A stretch of 64,000 bases of DNA from Octopus bimaculoides (GCF_001194135.2 NC_068982.1:175421934-175485933), one strand, 5' to 3'; numbered from the stretch's first letter, positions 12,156 to 27,469 are shown. The notes: generated by a model not told the origin, from the sequence alone. A program made the numbers and translations.

Positions 12156-15100
12156 GTGGGGGTGCATGGCCTAGTGATTATGGCATCATACCCACACTCT
12201 CAAGATTGTGGTTTCAATTCCTGCAAGTAGTGTTCTTGAGCAAAATACTTAATTTTCACATTACTCTACAATCACTTTGACATCTGATGTGTGGCACACT
12301 ATGCACCTGTATAAGCAATGTCAATTTGATGGAAGGAATGAGCCAATGTACAGCATAAACATTTGAACACTACAAACACATCTTTTGTACAGGTTGTTCA
12401 GCAAAAGTTGAACACCCATACGTCATCTTTGATGGGAGAATCCATCACACACACATACATACATATGTATATATAAGAAAGAAAAGTAATCAAGCAGGAA
12501 CTATAGTTAGAGATATGCTGGAATTCTATTAAGCAGAACACTTATGTAGTGATTGTTGACAAAGACTTGTAACTCTCTCAGAATTCACATAATGTTATGA
12601 TTTGATAAGAAACAGTGAACTTTACATTCACTTAATGTACCCTAAATCCTTCTTGCTTTACAAGGATATAGTTATCATGGTAATCTGTATTGTTTAAGAA
12701 AACACCTGTGAGTCATGAAGTGTTACTCCAATATATAAAGCACCATTCCAAGTTGTAGCAATGCATGCTGACTGCTTAGAGATCTGGATACTTATTTTCA
12801 GAGACTGATCATATTCGTTTTCAGGTGTGATTGATGCCAGTGCCACCTGACTGGCCCCCGTGCTAGTGGTTCGTAAAAAACACCCACTACACTCTCCGAG
12901 TGGTTGGCATTAGGAAGGCATCCAGCTGTAGAAACCTTGCCGGATAAGATTGGAGCCTGGTGCAGCCTCCTGATTTACCTATCCTCAGTCAAACCATCCA
13001 ATCCATACCAGCACGAAAAGCAGACATTAAATGATGATGATAATGATATAAACACTTATATATATTTATATATTTACATATATGTATGTACACACACACA
13101 CACACACACATATGTATACATATGTATATCCTTTACTGTTGTATGTCCGCAAAAGTTATAAATATCACTGAGGATGCCGAAAATAAAGAACACAGAGCTT
13201 TCAAGTAAAAACTACTAATGTGGTATCTGTTTTGTCCAAGATGTATACAGACAATCTCTCACTCTTAGAAATACAGCCAACCAGTGAATGGTTTATTGGA
13301 AACCAGTAACTAATAGCATTATTATTTACCAAATGCTATAAATGAAATAAATAAGTTAAACAAACCAATTTTGGTCAATGTAGCGTAAGTGCTATTAATC
13401 AAATAATTTGTATTTTTATAGTTTTCTGAGAAATTCTTACAAGTTCTGATAAGCAACAGAATAGCTGACATAAGTAAAATAGGAAAATCCAATAGTGAAG
13501 TACCTGGGGTAAGTTTTATGGTTTTTGAAATAATAATTTCTGAAACTGGTGTTAAGTTTATAAGGGAAGAGAAGCTATAGTCAATTGAATTGATTGCTAC
13601 TAATTTTTAACAGTCTGGAGTGATGAACAGCACAGTCAAATCAATTATAGTTACACATTGGTCCAAGGTCATATGTTATTTAGCTCAGGTGAAAGGCAAA
13701 TGAATTCTGCCTGAGCAGATCTTTGATAAAAACCGTTCCAGCTGTGACAATCTCATCTTTCTGCCTGGGTACATTGCAATAAGGACCCTATTATAGACAG
13801 TGTTTCTCTTTTAAATGCTATAATTTGGAGATTTGGTTTCTATATTTAGAGAGGCTACCTCAGTGACTCACAAAATCCCAAGTTTCTATGGGAACATAAA
13901 CTTAATTCAATTTTTATCCAAGTATGTGATTGGAACTTATTTTATCCAATTTCTACAGAACATATAGGAATGACATTAAATAGTGCAGATAAACAATCAT
14001 TTCTACAGTTTCTTCACCTTCATATCTAAAATAATGATTTCAAACACAGGCACAAGGATATAAATTTTGAGGTGGGTACAGGTGAGCAAATTGAATGCCA
14101 GGACTTCAGTGCTACTTGTTTTATCAACCTCTGGAAAGTTAACATCAAAACTGAACTTGGCAGGATTTGAACTCTGAGTGTCATGAGTTGTAACTAAATA
14201 CTGCAAGACAATTTGTCCACTGCTCTACGAATTCTGCCATTTGCTAGATATATTTGATATATCGCAATTTTAATTAATCATCCCACAAATCCTTATACAA
14301 TTCAATTATCACAAACCTTTTTTCACTCAATTATCCTATAAATTCATTTTTGCTCAATTACCCCATTGTTTTAAACATACCTGGACAATGTAATATATCT
14401 AAATGTTTCAAACTCTGATTGGCAATTATCAGCTGGATTGCATGACAGTAAGTAAATGAAATTGAAGTCACAAATTAGAATAATTAATAAACAAGCAAAC
14501 AGAAAGCAAACAAAAATTGAAGTCAATGATGATATCTATTTTCTTCTTTTTTTCTTTTTGTCTGTTAAATTTCAGTTTGGCATTCTAGTGTTCAAATGAA
14601 GTTTGAATAAATGCTTTCTTATTCATATGATATTGTGGTTTAGTTGGATTGGTTAGAGTAAGGAGATGGGTGGAAAAGAGAGATATAAAGAAATTAAGCT
14701 AAAGAAGCAGAAAAAGCAAGAAAATGAGTGAGAAGGGAGGAAGGGAAACTATTGGTAAAAAGAATGCACATGACAAAAAAGGGAGAGATGAGGAGAAAGG
14801 TATAAAGAGTAAAAGGGAGGAGAAATGTGAAGCAGAGACGAGAGGGGAAGAAGAAAGAAGGAAAGACAAAAATGAAAATGCATAGAGAGGCTGAAAAAGA
14901 AATAAAATGATTGAACTGAGAGGAGGGGGAGGAAAGGAAGAGAAAAAAATCAATAAAGATAGACAGAGAGAGAGAGAGAATGAAAAGATAGGAAACATGA
15001 AAAATGAGGATATCTTAGGTTAGGCTTTCAGCTACAAGAATGGTAATATCTTTCATTGATTCTAAATTGCTTGGAAGTTTCAGTAATGTCTTAAGCTCCA

Positions 15101-16859
15101 TCCACAAACCAACATGATGCACTTGCCTTACCTCTAATTTATTTCTGTATGCCTCACTAATTACTCTTTTACTGATTCCTACCAAATTCTCTCAAAAGAT
15201 CTTTGCTGGATTCATTTTAACAAGAAAAGAAAAATCCTTTGTTCTGCGACCCACATTAGTCCTTCTCATAAATCTGGGACAGTGCTGCTACTACACATAC
15301 ACATAGATATTGTAGACTGAGTTTTGAAGATCATACAGCTTATAGGTACAGAATCCTCTTCTCCCAATTAACAAACTATAACCACTGATTCACAGATGCA
15401 TGCTGAAATACGACAAAATGCTAGAAGCATATTTGAACTCATGGTCTGTGAGTAGGTATTCTAATTATATATCTGCTTAGCTATTTCACCCCTTCAATCT
15501 ACAATAGAGGGAGAAAGACTGTGTGGTTACTAGCCCTGCTAAAATTAGCAACAAATCTTCAAATTACATTTTACCATCTTAAAACAAGAAAGAACACATT
15601 GGATAATGTGGTCATATATATATTCAATTAGAGGTTAAATTAGCCTCATTAAGGGATGTTATCATCCAATGAATTACTGATTTAATACCTAATATGTGTT
15701 GTGAATAATAATATTTAGAAAACAATATAAATTATGGTTTATAATCTTTCAAAAGAAAGTAAGAAAATGGAGATAAAGCATTTAATAAAATTTATACATG
15801 GTCTCCTGCAGCTGTTTTAATTAGGCCTAATTGATTGAATAGTATTTAATAAAATCATTATATTAGGCAAAATCTCTTCAGAGGGATAGAAAAAATATAT
15901 ACCGTTAGGTTTTTAAGTGTTGTATCTTAAAATCATCACACTTTTTCTGAATAAAAAACAGTATGGCCTTTGATGATGGATTTCAGGCTACAGACTAGCA
16001 GTAACACAAGACACTCAACTTGCTTGAAATAACAGCCAAGCTGTTCTCTAATCACAACCTACTTTCATAAATAACTATGGATGCACTTTGTCTGAAAATA
16101 AGAGATAGGAAGATCATGGCTGGAATATTTTTGATGATGCATCTGAACTACAGGGAAAAGTTTGATATTTTAATATGGTGAAATTTATTTATGGAAGAAT
16201 GTGGCTTCGTATTCCAAGAGAGGAAAGTACAAAATGATAGTAAAACTCTAAAGTTAACTAGAAATTGGAAAAAAAAAAAAAAAGTTATGAATCCACTCAA
16301 TATAATAGAGAAATGAATTAAATAAGGGTTGAAGATGACAAATAAACAAAGAGATAAAAGGAATAAAAAGAAAGAAATTAAAATCAGAATAATCAACTTG
16401 ATGAATGGATAAAAGAAGAAAATAAAGAACTGAAATTAAAGATTATAAAAAGCTGAAAGATGAATAACATTAATANNNNNNNNNNNNNNNNNNNNNNNNN
16501 NNNNNNNNNNNNNNNNNNNNNNNNNNNNNNNNNNNNNNNNNNNNNNNNNNNNNNNNNNNNNNNNNNNNNNNNNNNNNNNNNNNNNNNNNNNNNNNNNNNN
16601 NNNNNNNNNNNNNNNNNNNNNNNNNNNNNNNNNNNNNNNNNNNNNNNNNNNNNNNNNNNNNNNNNNNNNNNNNNNNNNNNNNNNNNNNNNNNNNNNNNNN
16701 NNNNNNNNNNNNNNNNNNNNNNNNNNNNNNNNNNNNNNNNNNNNNNNNNNNNNNNNNNNNNNNNNNNNNNNNNNNNNNNNNNNNNNNNNNNNNNNNNNNN
16801 NNNNNNNNNNNNNNNNNNNNNNNNNNNNNNNNNNNNNNNNNNNNNNNNNNNNNNNNNNN

Positions 16860-16917
<58 letters not shown>

Positions 16918-19900
16918 ATGTATATATACTCTATGTGTATATGTGTGTGACCTAGAGTAATGTGTTGATGGAATAATACAGTAGATAAGACTATTAGAGG
17001 AAAAAAACAGGCCTGCCTGGAAAGCCTGGAAGAGTTGGGGTAACAGGGAACTGTACCAGATAGCCAGAAATGAGGCTGGGAGACAGGTATACATAGCCAT
17101 GGGAGAAGCAGAAAATAAGAAGTTTGCCAATGTTCAGTGACGTGAGGACTAAAGAACTGAAGTATTTTGGATTGCAGAATAATGTACACACACACACACA
17201 TATCTCATCATCATCATTTAATGTCTATTCCATGCTTCATAGGTTGAAAGGTCTTGACAAGATTTAACAGATTCATTGGCTGTGGAGCAGTAACCATGCA
17301 GCCTGTAAAACCAAGATCTGAGTGGGTGTACAATAGTGTAGGAGGTGGTTTCAAAATGTGGGGTTAAAATAAGAGAGAAGAGGGCAAAAGGAAGATCGGG
17401 AGAAGGGAGACATATGGTGAAAGATGAGAGATAACTTGGAAGCTCAGGAGGGTGATCAATGTAAAATGTGGGCAGAGAAGTAAGTGTTAAAAATGCAAGA
17501 TAGATTACAGCAAAATGGCTCTGGGCAGCAAGAGGAGTAAGTGGTATCAAGGGAAAAAGTATCAGGAACCAGCTGAGGCAGAGCATGGCAGCATGGTTAA
17601 AAAATTCTCTTCTCAACCAGAATAGTTTCATGTTCAGTGAACTACATAACAATTTGGACAAGTCTTTTCTGATATAGCCCTGAGCCAACTGAAATCTTCT
17701 AAGTGGATTTGATAGACAGAGACTGAAAGAAAGCCATCGTATATGTGTGTGTGCATGTGCATGCACATCTCTCCTTGTGGTGACGTCATGTGATAGTTAT
17801 AAATGAGTGGTGTCACCATCACACAAGTAGCATCATTTGTTTCCAGTTTTCCATGAAATATTGCTTGGAAACGAGTAAAGGTTGGCGTCAGTGAATTGCA
17901 TCTGCCTCAAAGAATTCAGTCTGACCCATCCAAGCATGGAAATGTGAATGTTTAAATGATGACGATAAGATATTGATAGACATAAATTTGTGACGATATG
18001 CACACACACACACTTATACGTACAGAAATATATATATTTATATGCATATATATATACATATATCTATATTCTTGTAGTATTTAAGTATCTACATGTTGTA
18101 TTGTTGAAATTAAAAATTCTCCAGCTTTATTTTTTTAGTTCTATGTAAGATTTTCATTAACATCTTAAAAACTTACAAACACCCTTCTCAGTTTTAGAAT
18201 ATATATTATTTTAATAATATGTATGTGTCTAAGCACTCTATCTATTCTAAGTAAAAATATTCTCAAGCATTATTTTCAAGTTCTAAACAAAACTTTATTA
18301 ATCTCTTAGAGACTTACAGACTCCCTTCTCTATTTTCCCACTCAGCCACCCACCTATCTTAATGTTAGATGTTTGATATAATGGTCTGAAATCTAAATTG
18401 TGTGTGTCTGTGTGTGCACATGTATGCATGCATGCACATGTGCATACACACATGTAAAGCAACATATCTTTTTTAATAACAAAGAAAAATAAATTGTAAA
18501 AATCAATAAAATTCACAATGTACAGTTCTAAATTACAAAGAACCCTTACAGACAGAAACTATTTCTCAAAAATCATCTTAATCAACTATTGACAGTTAAC
18601 GACTGAAGAAACAAAGACTTAAAAATGACCCAAGCCACCACTGAATTTTCACTGACCTATCTCTATAGTCAAGCGAAATCACTTTAGATAATTAATTTCT
18701 CAAATCAAAACAGCAATATGCCACATCATAGAGACAATTAGTCCAATCATTATATCCTTGCCTTTTACATGCAAAACCAATTTAAGGGATGAATTTCTTA
18801 AAATTGTCGAAATTGTAGCCCAATATCTTCATCCACTAGATGTTAAAACCTTTTTCTTTGAACATATCGATCCATAACATTTCTTTATCGCAATCTTTCT
18901 CAACAAATCACATGCACTCTTCTTGTATCTCACAGAAAGCCAGAAGCTGACACTGATTTGAGTATCAGAGTGGTTTGTAGCTTTTTCAGTCATTTGTCCA
19001 CTCAACTGCCTTGTCTATGTTGATATTTATTGAACAAATATATGTGTGTATGTGTGTGTGTGTGTTCAGTGTATATTCATTGTGTTTTTTTTTTGTGGGG
19101 GGAAGGGTCACGTTGTTTTACATTGCTTCAGTTCACACAGCTGCAAGGGATGCACACCAGATCATTTGGGATCAATCTGCAATAGATTGGCTTTGCATCC
19201 TAGGAAAAATTTATTTATCGTTTCCATGACATTATGAAACTTAAGCTGTCAAGGTTTAGGTGGAATTAAGAAAGTTTATACATAAACCTGTTGGACAAGG
19301 CAAGTGAGCTAATCTGCATACATTCTCTTCATGCCAGTTTAAGTTTGCATCTGTTCTAAAAATCAAATATTTAGATAGGGAGAGAAATTGCTAAAGTTCC
19401 TAGTTGAGGAGCAACAGCTAAAGCAAATAAAGTGGAAAGCAACTGTTGTAGTTGAGTAATCTGAGATTGACCATGGATTGAAGGACAAGGCACAGTCCAC
19501 AGGTTTATTGTTCCTGATATATTGTGACTTTGTTGAGTTGAAGTCTGCACTGCATGTTCAAACATGATGTAGGTTAATCATACTGTAAGCAATGTGTCAT
19601 TGCTTGCCATATATCATTGCTGGGTATGATTCACTCTTTCCACTATTGTGCTTATTACAGTCTGATGGCCACCACAAAGTGGAGGAGATAGGCAAAGTGA
19701 ACTTAGCCAGAAAATGACAATTTTGTTCCCATTCCCTTATCCCTGGGTGTGTGCTTTCCAGACCTAACAAACTGCTTTGGATTGACATCACCACATGGTT
19801 ATTGGGTGCATTTACCAAAGTTTATTCTATAGCAAACATTTGGAATAGTAACAAATAGTAACTGGCTCCCTCCCCATCCATGTTTCTCATTGAAACATTG

Positions 19901-20239
19901 AGCTTTAGATGATCAAGAAGTGGAATAAATTTTATGTTGTGTGGAAAAAAAGAACAGTCTAATGTCTTGAGCAGAACCCATTGCCAGACAGGAAATTTAA
20001 ATATCAACTAGTCTTGAAGGATCAATTAGGATTAGTAAGAAAGAGAGGATGAAAAGAAGAGATATAAAAAGCAAATATTAGTGGGGAGGAGAAACAATCA
20101 GGTTGAAAGGGAAAATAAAATAGCAGCAGATGTGAAAAACTGTAAACAGAGGAGAGGAGATAATGATGGAGAAATACTGTACATTTGTACAAACACTGAC
20201 ATACATGGTTAGATAAAGGTAACACCATTCTTGGGTCAA

Positions 20240-20700
20240 GTTTGCTTGAACTTACATAACCCTGATCCTCCAGCGATCTCAATTCTTCCATGGCATATAA
20301 TAGTTCTTTTTCGCAACAGCCATTGTTATCTATTACCTAATCAATCTATGTTTTTGCAGGGAAATCAATGTAACTGATCAACCTGCAAAGTGTCTAAAGT
20401 GGGGTTGTCACTAACCAGCTCTTTCTTCTTCTCCAACAATGTCGAACGAAGTTAACTCATCTTTCTCTCATGGCATCTAAAATTTTAGGAAGTTTGTCAT
20501 ATAATCTTTCTTTGTTGAAGTGTTCTTTTCAGGAGACATTCAAAATGATATTATGTATGCATGTGTAGCTGCCACCCAGGATGATTTCAAAGTAAACGTC
20601 ATCTCATGACATGTTTTGCTGTGTCATCAAATCCTTTTTAATGAGCCAAAATTTTGATGGCATTTAGGTCTCTCTTCAAATCTTGCCACTATCAATTTTG
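20240..20700 (-). mobile_element. RTE-clade LINE 3' fragment, degenerate
   Basis: Minus strand reads KERLYDKLPKILDAMRER*VNFVRHCWRR and later AMEE.RS..., resembling the RTE ORF2 C-terminus. Confidence 0.7.
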
Positions 20701-21971
20701 CCAGTCATCTTTCTAGGGGGTCAATAACTCTAGAAGTACAAAACTCAAGTACTGTTTATCTAATTAATTATTCCCTTCCCACAAATCTTGTGGTTTAGTG
20801 CTTATGTTAGAAATTATTAATAATTCAATATTACCTCCTTAATATGCGATGAAACCTAATAGTAATCTAACTCCAATATCTCTCAAACCTCAGCTGTAAA
20901 CCTAATCTAATCATTAAACTGATCTAACAGAAATGTAATAGTATACAGATAAACTTAAATACCTTCAGGAAATCAGAGAAAGAATGATAATCTCAAGTCA
21001 ACAATGGAACTTACATGTGGATGCTAGATCTGCCAGAAATAGATGCCAACCACCCTCAAATTACTTCCTGTTGTCTCAAAATAAAAAGGACACACTAGGT
21101 AATTTAAGGTATACTGTGTCTAAAAAAATATTTAGAGTGGTCATGTCTGGATTGGCGAAAGTTATGGGGATATCCAATCAAGACTGACCTAGGGCCAACA
21201 ACAATAAAGAATGATCTTAACCTATTGTTTCCAGTGATAAACATCCATGTATCATAGAAGCATGTAGTGAATTTCCAATTAAGAGTGAAAATGTAACTGA
21301 TCCAACGATAAATTTTTTAAGTAGTTATTCTGAAGATCGTATTAGAATGTTACTTTTAGAATCAAATTGCTTATCTTTAAACCATGTTTTTTTATACTAT
21401 GTGATTATTTCAAACTGATCAGTATATATGTATACATTCCTCACTCTGTACTGGCTGTGAAATTAAGAAGTTCCTTTCACAAATATGTGGTTCTAGATTT
21501 GAACTGATATGCATGGTATCTTGAACAAGTGGACAGATGGAAACAATGTGGATTGTACCTATTCTAATACCCAGTATTAGATCTCTAACAGTTCATTCTG
21601 TTGCAAGCATTCAGACAGAGGATGTGGTTTCTTCTGATCTTTCCCATCTCTGCTCTCTGAATAAATCGTTAAACAAAAATTATACATTCTGTGTAGATTC
21701 AACTAATTCACTTAGTTTTATCATGCAACCATCTAAGAAACCATTACACAAACCTAATATGAATACAAAATCAATCTTTAATATTTGTTTGTCTTTTACA
21801 AACTAAAACCAATCTCACAACACTGATGGTGTTAAAGGCATAAACTAAAGCTCAATCGAATAGTCATTTAGCAAAGGAAAAATAATACACCATCCTCACA
21901 TTAACTAAATTGCTGAAAAATATAAATTTTGTTACTAGACATCCTACTTATAAAAAGAATATCCCAAAAAG

Positions 21972-22006
<35 letters not shown>

Positions 22007-22024
22007 TTACTTTTTATATATATG

Positions 22025-22350
22025 AGAAGGAAATGAGGTAAGCATGCTTTACTGGTTATGTAATGTCAGTGTGTATGAATGATGATATGCAAATGACATG
22101 AGAGAAAAGCTGTAAGTGAAAGGAATAACATACAGTTTGCAAAAGTGAGAATTGCATTGGTACAGGCATGAGTATGAGAAGCATACTGCTGACAACATTT
22201 GCATAAAGAAGTGCAAAGAATTCTCAATTGGATGATGACAATGGAAGAAGAAAACCTAGGAAGACATGGGATGAAGTGAAAATTGATCTTGAAATACAGA
22301 TTGTCACAAAAGGTAACAAGATTTCAAGAAGTGATGACGTGTTGTTCTAG
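22025..22350 (+). mobile_element. RTE-clade LINE 3' fragment
   Basis: Reads NEVSMLYWLCNVSVYE...CIKKCK...RKPRKTWDEV, the RTE C-terminal GRPRKTW motif. Confidence 0.8.
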
Positions 22351-24002
22351 AGAAAACCTGCTCTTTTGAGAAAATGTGGCAGAGAGAATACTAAAGAGGA
22401 AAGCATTGGTGACTGGGGTGCTATTGCAGCATTTACCCACTGATTCCCACCCCACCTCCTATTCTCAATGTTCTTTCTTTACAACTTCTCAATTCTCATT
22501 CCCTGGCCCATCTCCACAACCCCTACATCGCTTCAATGACCTCTATGGATTCTTATCATCTTCATTTCTTTCATATCACCTTCTTCCCGTTTCCAGTTTT
22601 AAAATGTAAGATAAAATTGGACCACCACTACTCAATCCATCCACCATTCTTATTACTCAGTTCCTCCTACTCTCTCTCTCTCTCTCTAATTTGTGACGTT
22701 ACTTTTCCTCCTGTCCCTTCCATATTTCACTCCCAAAAGTGTCTATTCTGCTTCTCTCTCCACTACCACACACAATAAATCTCTTCCTCTCATCACACTT
22801 AAATTTCTCTCTTCACTTCATCTAAAATCATCAATCGCGCTCCCCTTTGAGGGCTCTCTAGTTTTACACATAACAAGACAACCTCACTAGTGCTGAGGCC
22901 ATAGAAATAAAAAGCACCCCAGTATGCTCTGAAAATTCATTAGCAAATTGAGTAGAGATTATGATAGGTTAAGAGAATTTTTAGTCTTGCTAGGAGTTGA
23001 CAAACTCTATAATGCTGTAGCCATGCAAAATACACCCAGTATATTCAGTAAAGAGATTTGAGTTGATGCTGAGGCATTGGGGTATGACACAATCCTGTCT
23101 CCAACTGAATTCCTATCAAATCATCCAACTCATGCTAGTATACGAAGTGAATGCAAAAAGATGATAGTCATGATGATAATTGTATGTGTGTATGTGCATG
23201 TAATATGTTTCATCATCGTAGTTTGTATAGATATTATTGAGATATCAAATGTATTATATATATTTACTAACAAAGATATGGCTATATAAAAGGTATGTAT
23301 ATGGATAGACTGATAAGGGAGGAAACTTTCCCACTAAGACACGTTATTTGTGTGCTAGTTGGCAAGTAAATACTCACAGTTGATGTACTGCTGTCAGGTT
23401 CACATGAATCGTCCGACCATTGTAAAAGCATAGACTGATCAGACTATAAGGAAAAAATGGGCAAGAAAAAGAGGCCAACTTTAACAATACTTATATACAT
23501 ATATATATATATTTATATATATCTATATATATACTTATATATACATATAATCTATATATATATATATATATATATATGACTGTATATGTATATACATGCA
23601 TGAATAAATGAATGATTACATATAAATATATGTAAAAGTGTATTGTTAAAGTTAGTCTTCCTCTATATATTTTTTAAAAACAATGATAGCAACCGAGATA
23701 GCAATTATGTGTGGGCATATAGAATCCAATATCCTAATGACAAAATATTTAAATTTTCTAGGCAAATATAATATGTATGTATACATGCTCACACACACGT
23801 GTGTATATGTATGTATACATATATGAATATGTATACATGTGTATATATGTATGTGTGTGTATGTATGTGTGTGTGTGTGTGTGTAATAGTGATGGGTATG
23901 GCTATGAGTTTAAGAAGTTCACTTTGCAACTATATGGTTTTATGTTTAAATCTCATTGTGTTGCACTTAGATAACTACAGAGGTGCTAGTTTCCAAGTGA
24001 GC

Positions 24003-24076
<74 letters not shown>

Positions 24077-24163
24077 CATACACACATATGTGTGGGGGTG
24101 TATGTGTGTATGCATATATAATGCATATGTGTACATGCACACACACACATTCACACATATATA

Positions 24164-25022
24164 CGAGGTCTGACCAAGAAGTATCTGGACTGTAGCCATA
24201 GTAATGAAGCTAAAGCACAGAGTGAAGCTTCTTGGCACAGATTGACTTTGAACTCTGCTGTGTTTGTGCACTAAGTTTTAACATTCTAGCTCACTTCCGC
24301 TGTTTATAGCAGTGCTTGGAAGGAAGGTATGTAGCGTGTGATCATTGCATTGACCATTACAGAGAAAGATGTCATGGTGATACCTGCTCAGAGGCCTACG
24401 CAAAGTTGCAGAAAGTGTATGGAGAGGAGTGTATGAGCCACACACAAGTGTACGAGTGGTTCAGACGTTTTCAAGATGGGTGAAAAAATGTCAATTTTGA
24501 TGAGCGCTCTGGGAGACCCACAACCAGCATAACTAAGAGAAACATCGCTGATATATGTGAAACTGTGTGGGGAAATTGTCGAATCACCATCCATGATTTA
24601 TCAAAGGATGTGCAGATTAGTTACAGTTCAGTCCATTATCACAGAAGATTTGGGTATGAGACGCATGTCTGTCAAGTTTGTGCCAGAACTGCTATCAGTT
24701 GCACAAGATCTCCATGAGTGTGTTGAGAACAATGAAAACTTTTTGAAAACTTTGCATAGGCCTCTGAGCAGGTATCATTAAGCTTTTGACAAAATTTGAT
24801 GCTGATTCTCTGCTCAACTTTCTCTGTGATGATCGATGCAACAATCACATTACACACCTTCCTTCCAAGTACTGCTGTAAACAGCAGAAGTGAGCTAGAA
24901 TGTTAAAACTTAGTGAGCATGCACAGCAATGTTCAAGATCAATCTGTGCCAAGCAGCTTCACTCTGTGTGATTTAGCTTCATTACTATGGCAACAGCCCG
25001 GATACTTATTGATCAGACCATG
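24164..25022 (+). mobile_element. Mariner-derived fold-back element with ~245-275 bp inverted arms
   Basis: Flanked by TA; starts cgaggtctgaccaag and ends attgatcagaccatg. The interior encodes a mariner N-terminus (SEAYAKLQKVYGEECMSHTQVYEWFRRFQDG...ERSGRP). The right arm is an inverted copy of the 5' end including ITEKVEQRISIKFCQKL (ORF 24672..24857 -). Confidence 0.88.
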
Positions 25023-25055
<33 letters not shown>

Positions 25056-25281
25056 TGAGAGAGAGAGAGAGAGTGAGGGAGAGAAAGAGAGAGAGAGGGA
25101 GAGAGAGAGAGATAGACAGATAGATAGATACACATGGTTTTGAGTTCAGTTTGGTTGTAAAAGAATGCATCAATAATATGCATTTTTCAAACTCATACTA
25201 GCATACTAGCATGGTAAAATGGATATGTATACACGTATTTGTGTGTATATACATACATGTGTTTGCATATATGTATATATG

Positions 25282-25347
<66 letters not shown>

Positions 25348-25350
25348 TTT

Positions 25351-25742
25351 ATTTGTTTCAGTCATTTGATGGCAGCCATGCTGGAACACCGCCTTTAGTT
25401 GAGCAAATTGACCCCAGGACTTATTCTATTGTAGTCTTTTGCCGAATCACTAAGTTACAGGGATTTAAGCACACCAGCAATCGTTGTCAAGAGATGTTGG
25501 GACGACAAACACAGACATGCAAACACATACACACACATACATATATATGTGATGGGCTTCTTTCAGTTTCCATCTACCAAATCCACTCACAAGGCTTTGG
25601 TCGGCCTGAGGCTATAGTAGAAGACACTTGCCCAAGGTGCCACGCAGTGGGACTGAACCCAGAACCATGTGGTTGGTAAGCAAGCTACTTATCACACAGT
25701 AAGTCCTGCGCCTATACTTACCACACAGCCACTCCAATGCCT
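25351..25742 (-). mobile_element. SINE family A, well preserved, with duplicated 5' head
   Basis: Same body as 6376-6737. The head segment cttaccacacagccactcc..gcct is repeated at 25717-25742. Confidence 0.85.
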
Positions 25743-26229
25743 ACATATATATAATATGCATGAATGTATATATATTTATATACATATAATCTATATATAT
25801 ATAGACACACACTCACATAGCATCATTTAATGCTGGCAGGGTTGGATGGTTTGACTGGAGCTGGTAAAGCCAGTGGCCACACCAGGTTCCATTGTCTGTT
25901 CTGGCATGGTTTCTACAGCTGGATGCCCTTCCTAATGCTAACTACCCTACAGAGTGTACTTTTTATATACATGCAAATATCATTATCATAGTTTAACATT
26001 CAGCCTCCATTGTTTCATGGACTGGATGGTTTGACAAGGTCTGGTGAGTTAGAAGATTGTGTTAAGCTCCAATATCAACTTCAGCATGGCTTTTTCTTAT
26101 GGCTAGTTGCTGTTCCCAACACCAACTCCCTTACAGAGTATAGTGGGTGCTCTTTTTTACAGCACCAGCACTAGAGAAGTTTGCTTCGAAACTTGCAAGG
26201 CTAAGAGCCTAAATAATCCCTATAACTGA

Positions 26230-26930
26230 GACGAAAGAAAAAAGAGAAAGCGAGCTATTATAGTAGGTGGGGTACCAACAGTGGGTAAGTATGGTGAGTG
26301 GAATAGAATTCTAGTTGTGTTAGGGTAGTTGTGAGGAGAGTAAGAGAGGAGAGTAAGTAGGGTAGTCCTAATTGGGATGAGGATGGCAGAGAACTGGGGA
26401 AGGCATTAGTAACAGGGATTATTGGGAAAAGTGGGTGGGTAGAGTGGAAAAGTGCTAGAGTGGGTTGTGTAGGTGAGGTCCAGGGCATTATAAAAGCAAT
26501 TATTAATAGGACGTATGAGGGAAAGGGTGCAGAAAGGGAACAATGGATTAGAGTGGAGAGAAATCCAGAGAGAGTCACTGAAGGAAAGAGAAATGTTGGG
26601 GTAAGCCAGAGGCGGAAAGATGAGAATGAGTGTTGAAGAAGCAGAGAAGCTATAGGGAAAAGATTTGAGAATGTAAAAGAAAATGGGGAAAAATATGAGG
26701 GAACAGTGGGGAGCAAAAGCAGTGAAGAAAGAAAACAAGGAAGAGTAACAGAAAGATAGAAGGAAGGAAATGAGCAAATTGTGAATGCAAGAAAAAGCTT
26801 CCCATGAGGCAGTGGAAAGGTCACCAATGAGATGTCAGTGAAGAGAGGTTGGTGAGAAAGAGAGATGGTTAGACGGAGATGTAGATGGGTGCAGCAAGAG
26901 CAGTTAGAGAAATGCTTAAGGACATCCTAG
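26230..26930. repeat. Purine-rich low-complexity tract
   Basis: Strong A/G strand bias. Similar tracts at 14640-15000, 33260-33600 and 48500-48900; mirror pyrimidine-rich tracts at 22430-22890 and 28860-29490. Confidence 0.8.
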
Positions 26931-27469
26931 AAGGGTGAGGGCAGATAGTGAGACAAACATAAGAAATGTTGTTTGAATATATCATGAAATATATGAAAGA
27001 TATCACGAAAATATTTCTTCTTTTTTTTCTTAAATCATGTGAGCAATATGAGTAAAAACAGCTCATTTAATTTCTGAGTCTGATGGGAATATTTCAAACA
27101 TCTTTTTTTAAAGTAACATTGCATTCTGCTTTTAAACAATATATACAAGGCTATATATAAAATATGTTTACGTGTGTGTGCCTATACACATATATATAAT
27201 ATATATATACACATGCACATATTTACATTTGTTCATGCCTGTTTTTCCTTGCAAGAAATGAAAAGATATACAGTCATTGTTGTTATATGTGTGGAACACA
27301 GAAATTGCAAAATTTCTAAATGTCATAAAATCTTTTGTGCACTAAGTTCGGATGGATGTGGAAGCCACTGGCAGGAATGTTTGAACTGTATCAAAGAAAC
27401 AAAAATATTTTAAAATTCAGACACCACAATTCACCAAATGTGTTCAAAACATTTTCAATGATGATTCTG

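Noticed and set aside
16393-17201. ORFs of 128-245 aa containing X runs or IY/HT/ER repeats (also near 23.8, 30.5, 41.1 and 60.6 kb)
   Set aside because: Produced by N gaps and dinucleotide microsatellites.
21559-21659. Exon-like minus-strand segment with stops in all frames (possible poison exon)
   Set aside because: Splice-like motifs of this strength are expected by chance in 35 kb of AT-rich intron.
26258-26827. Longest gap-free ORF (189 aa) and similar F/L/S-rich ORFs (14699, 16148, 26406, 33261)
   Set aside because: They arise on pyrimidine-rich strands that lack stop codons; no domain or splice support.
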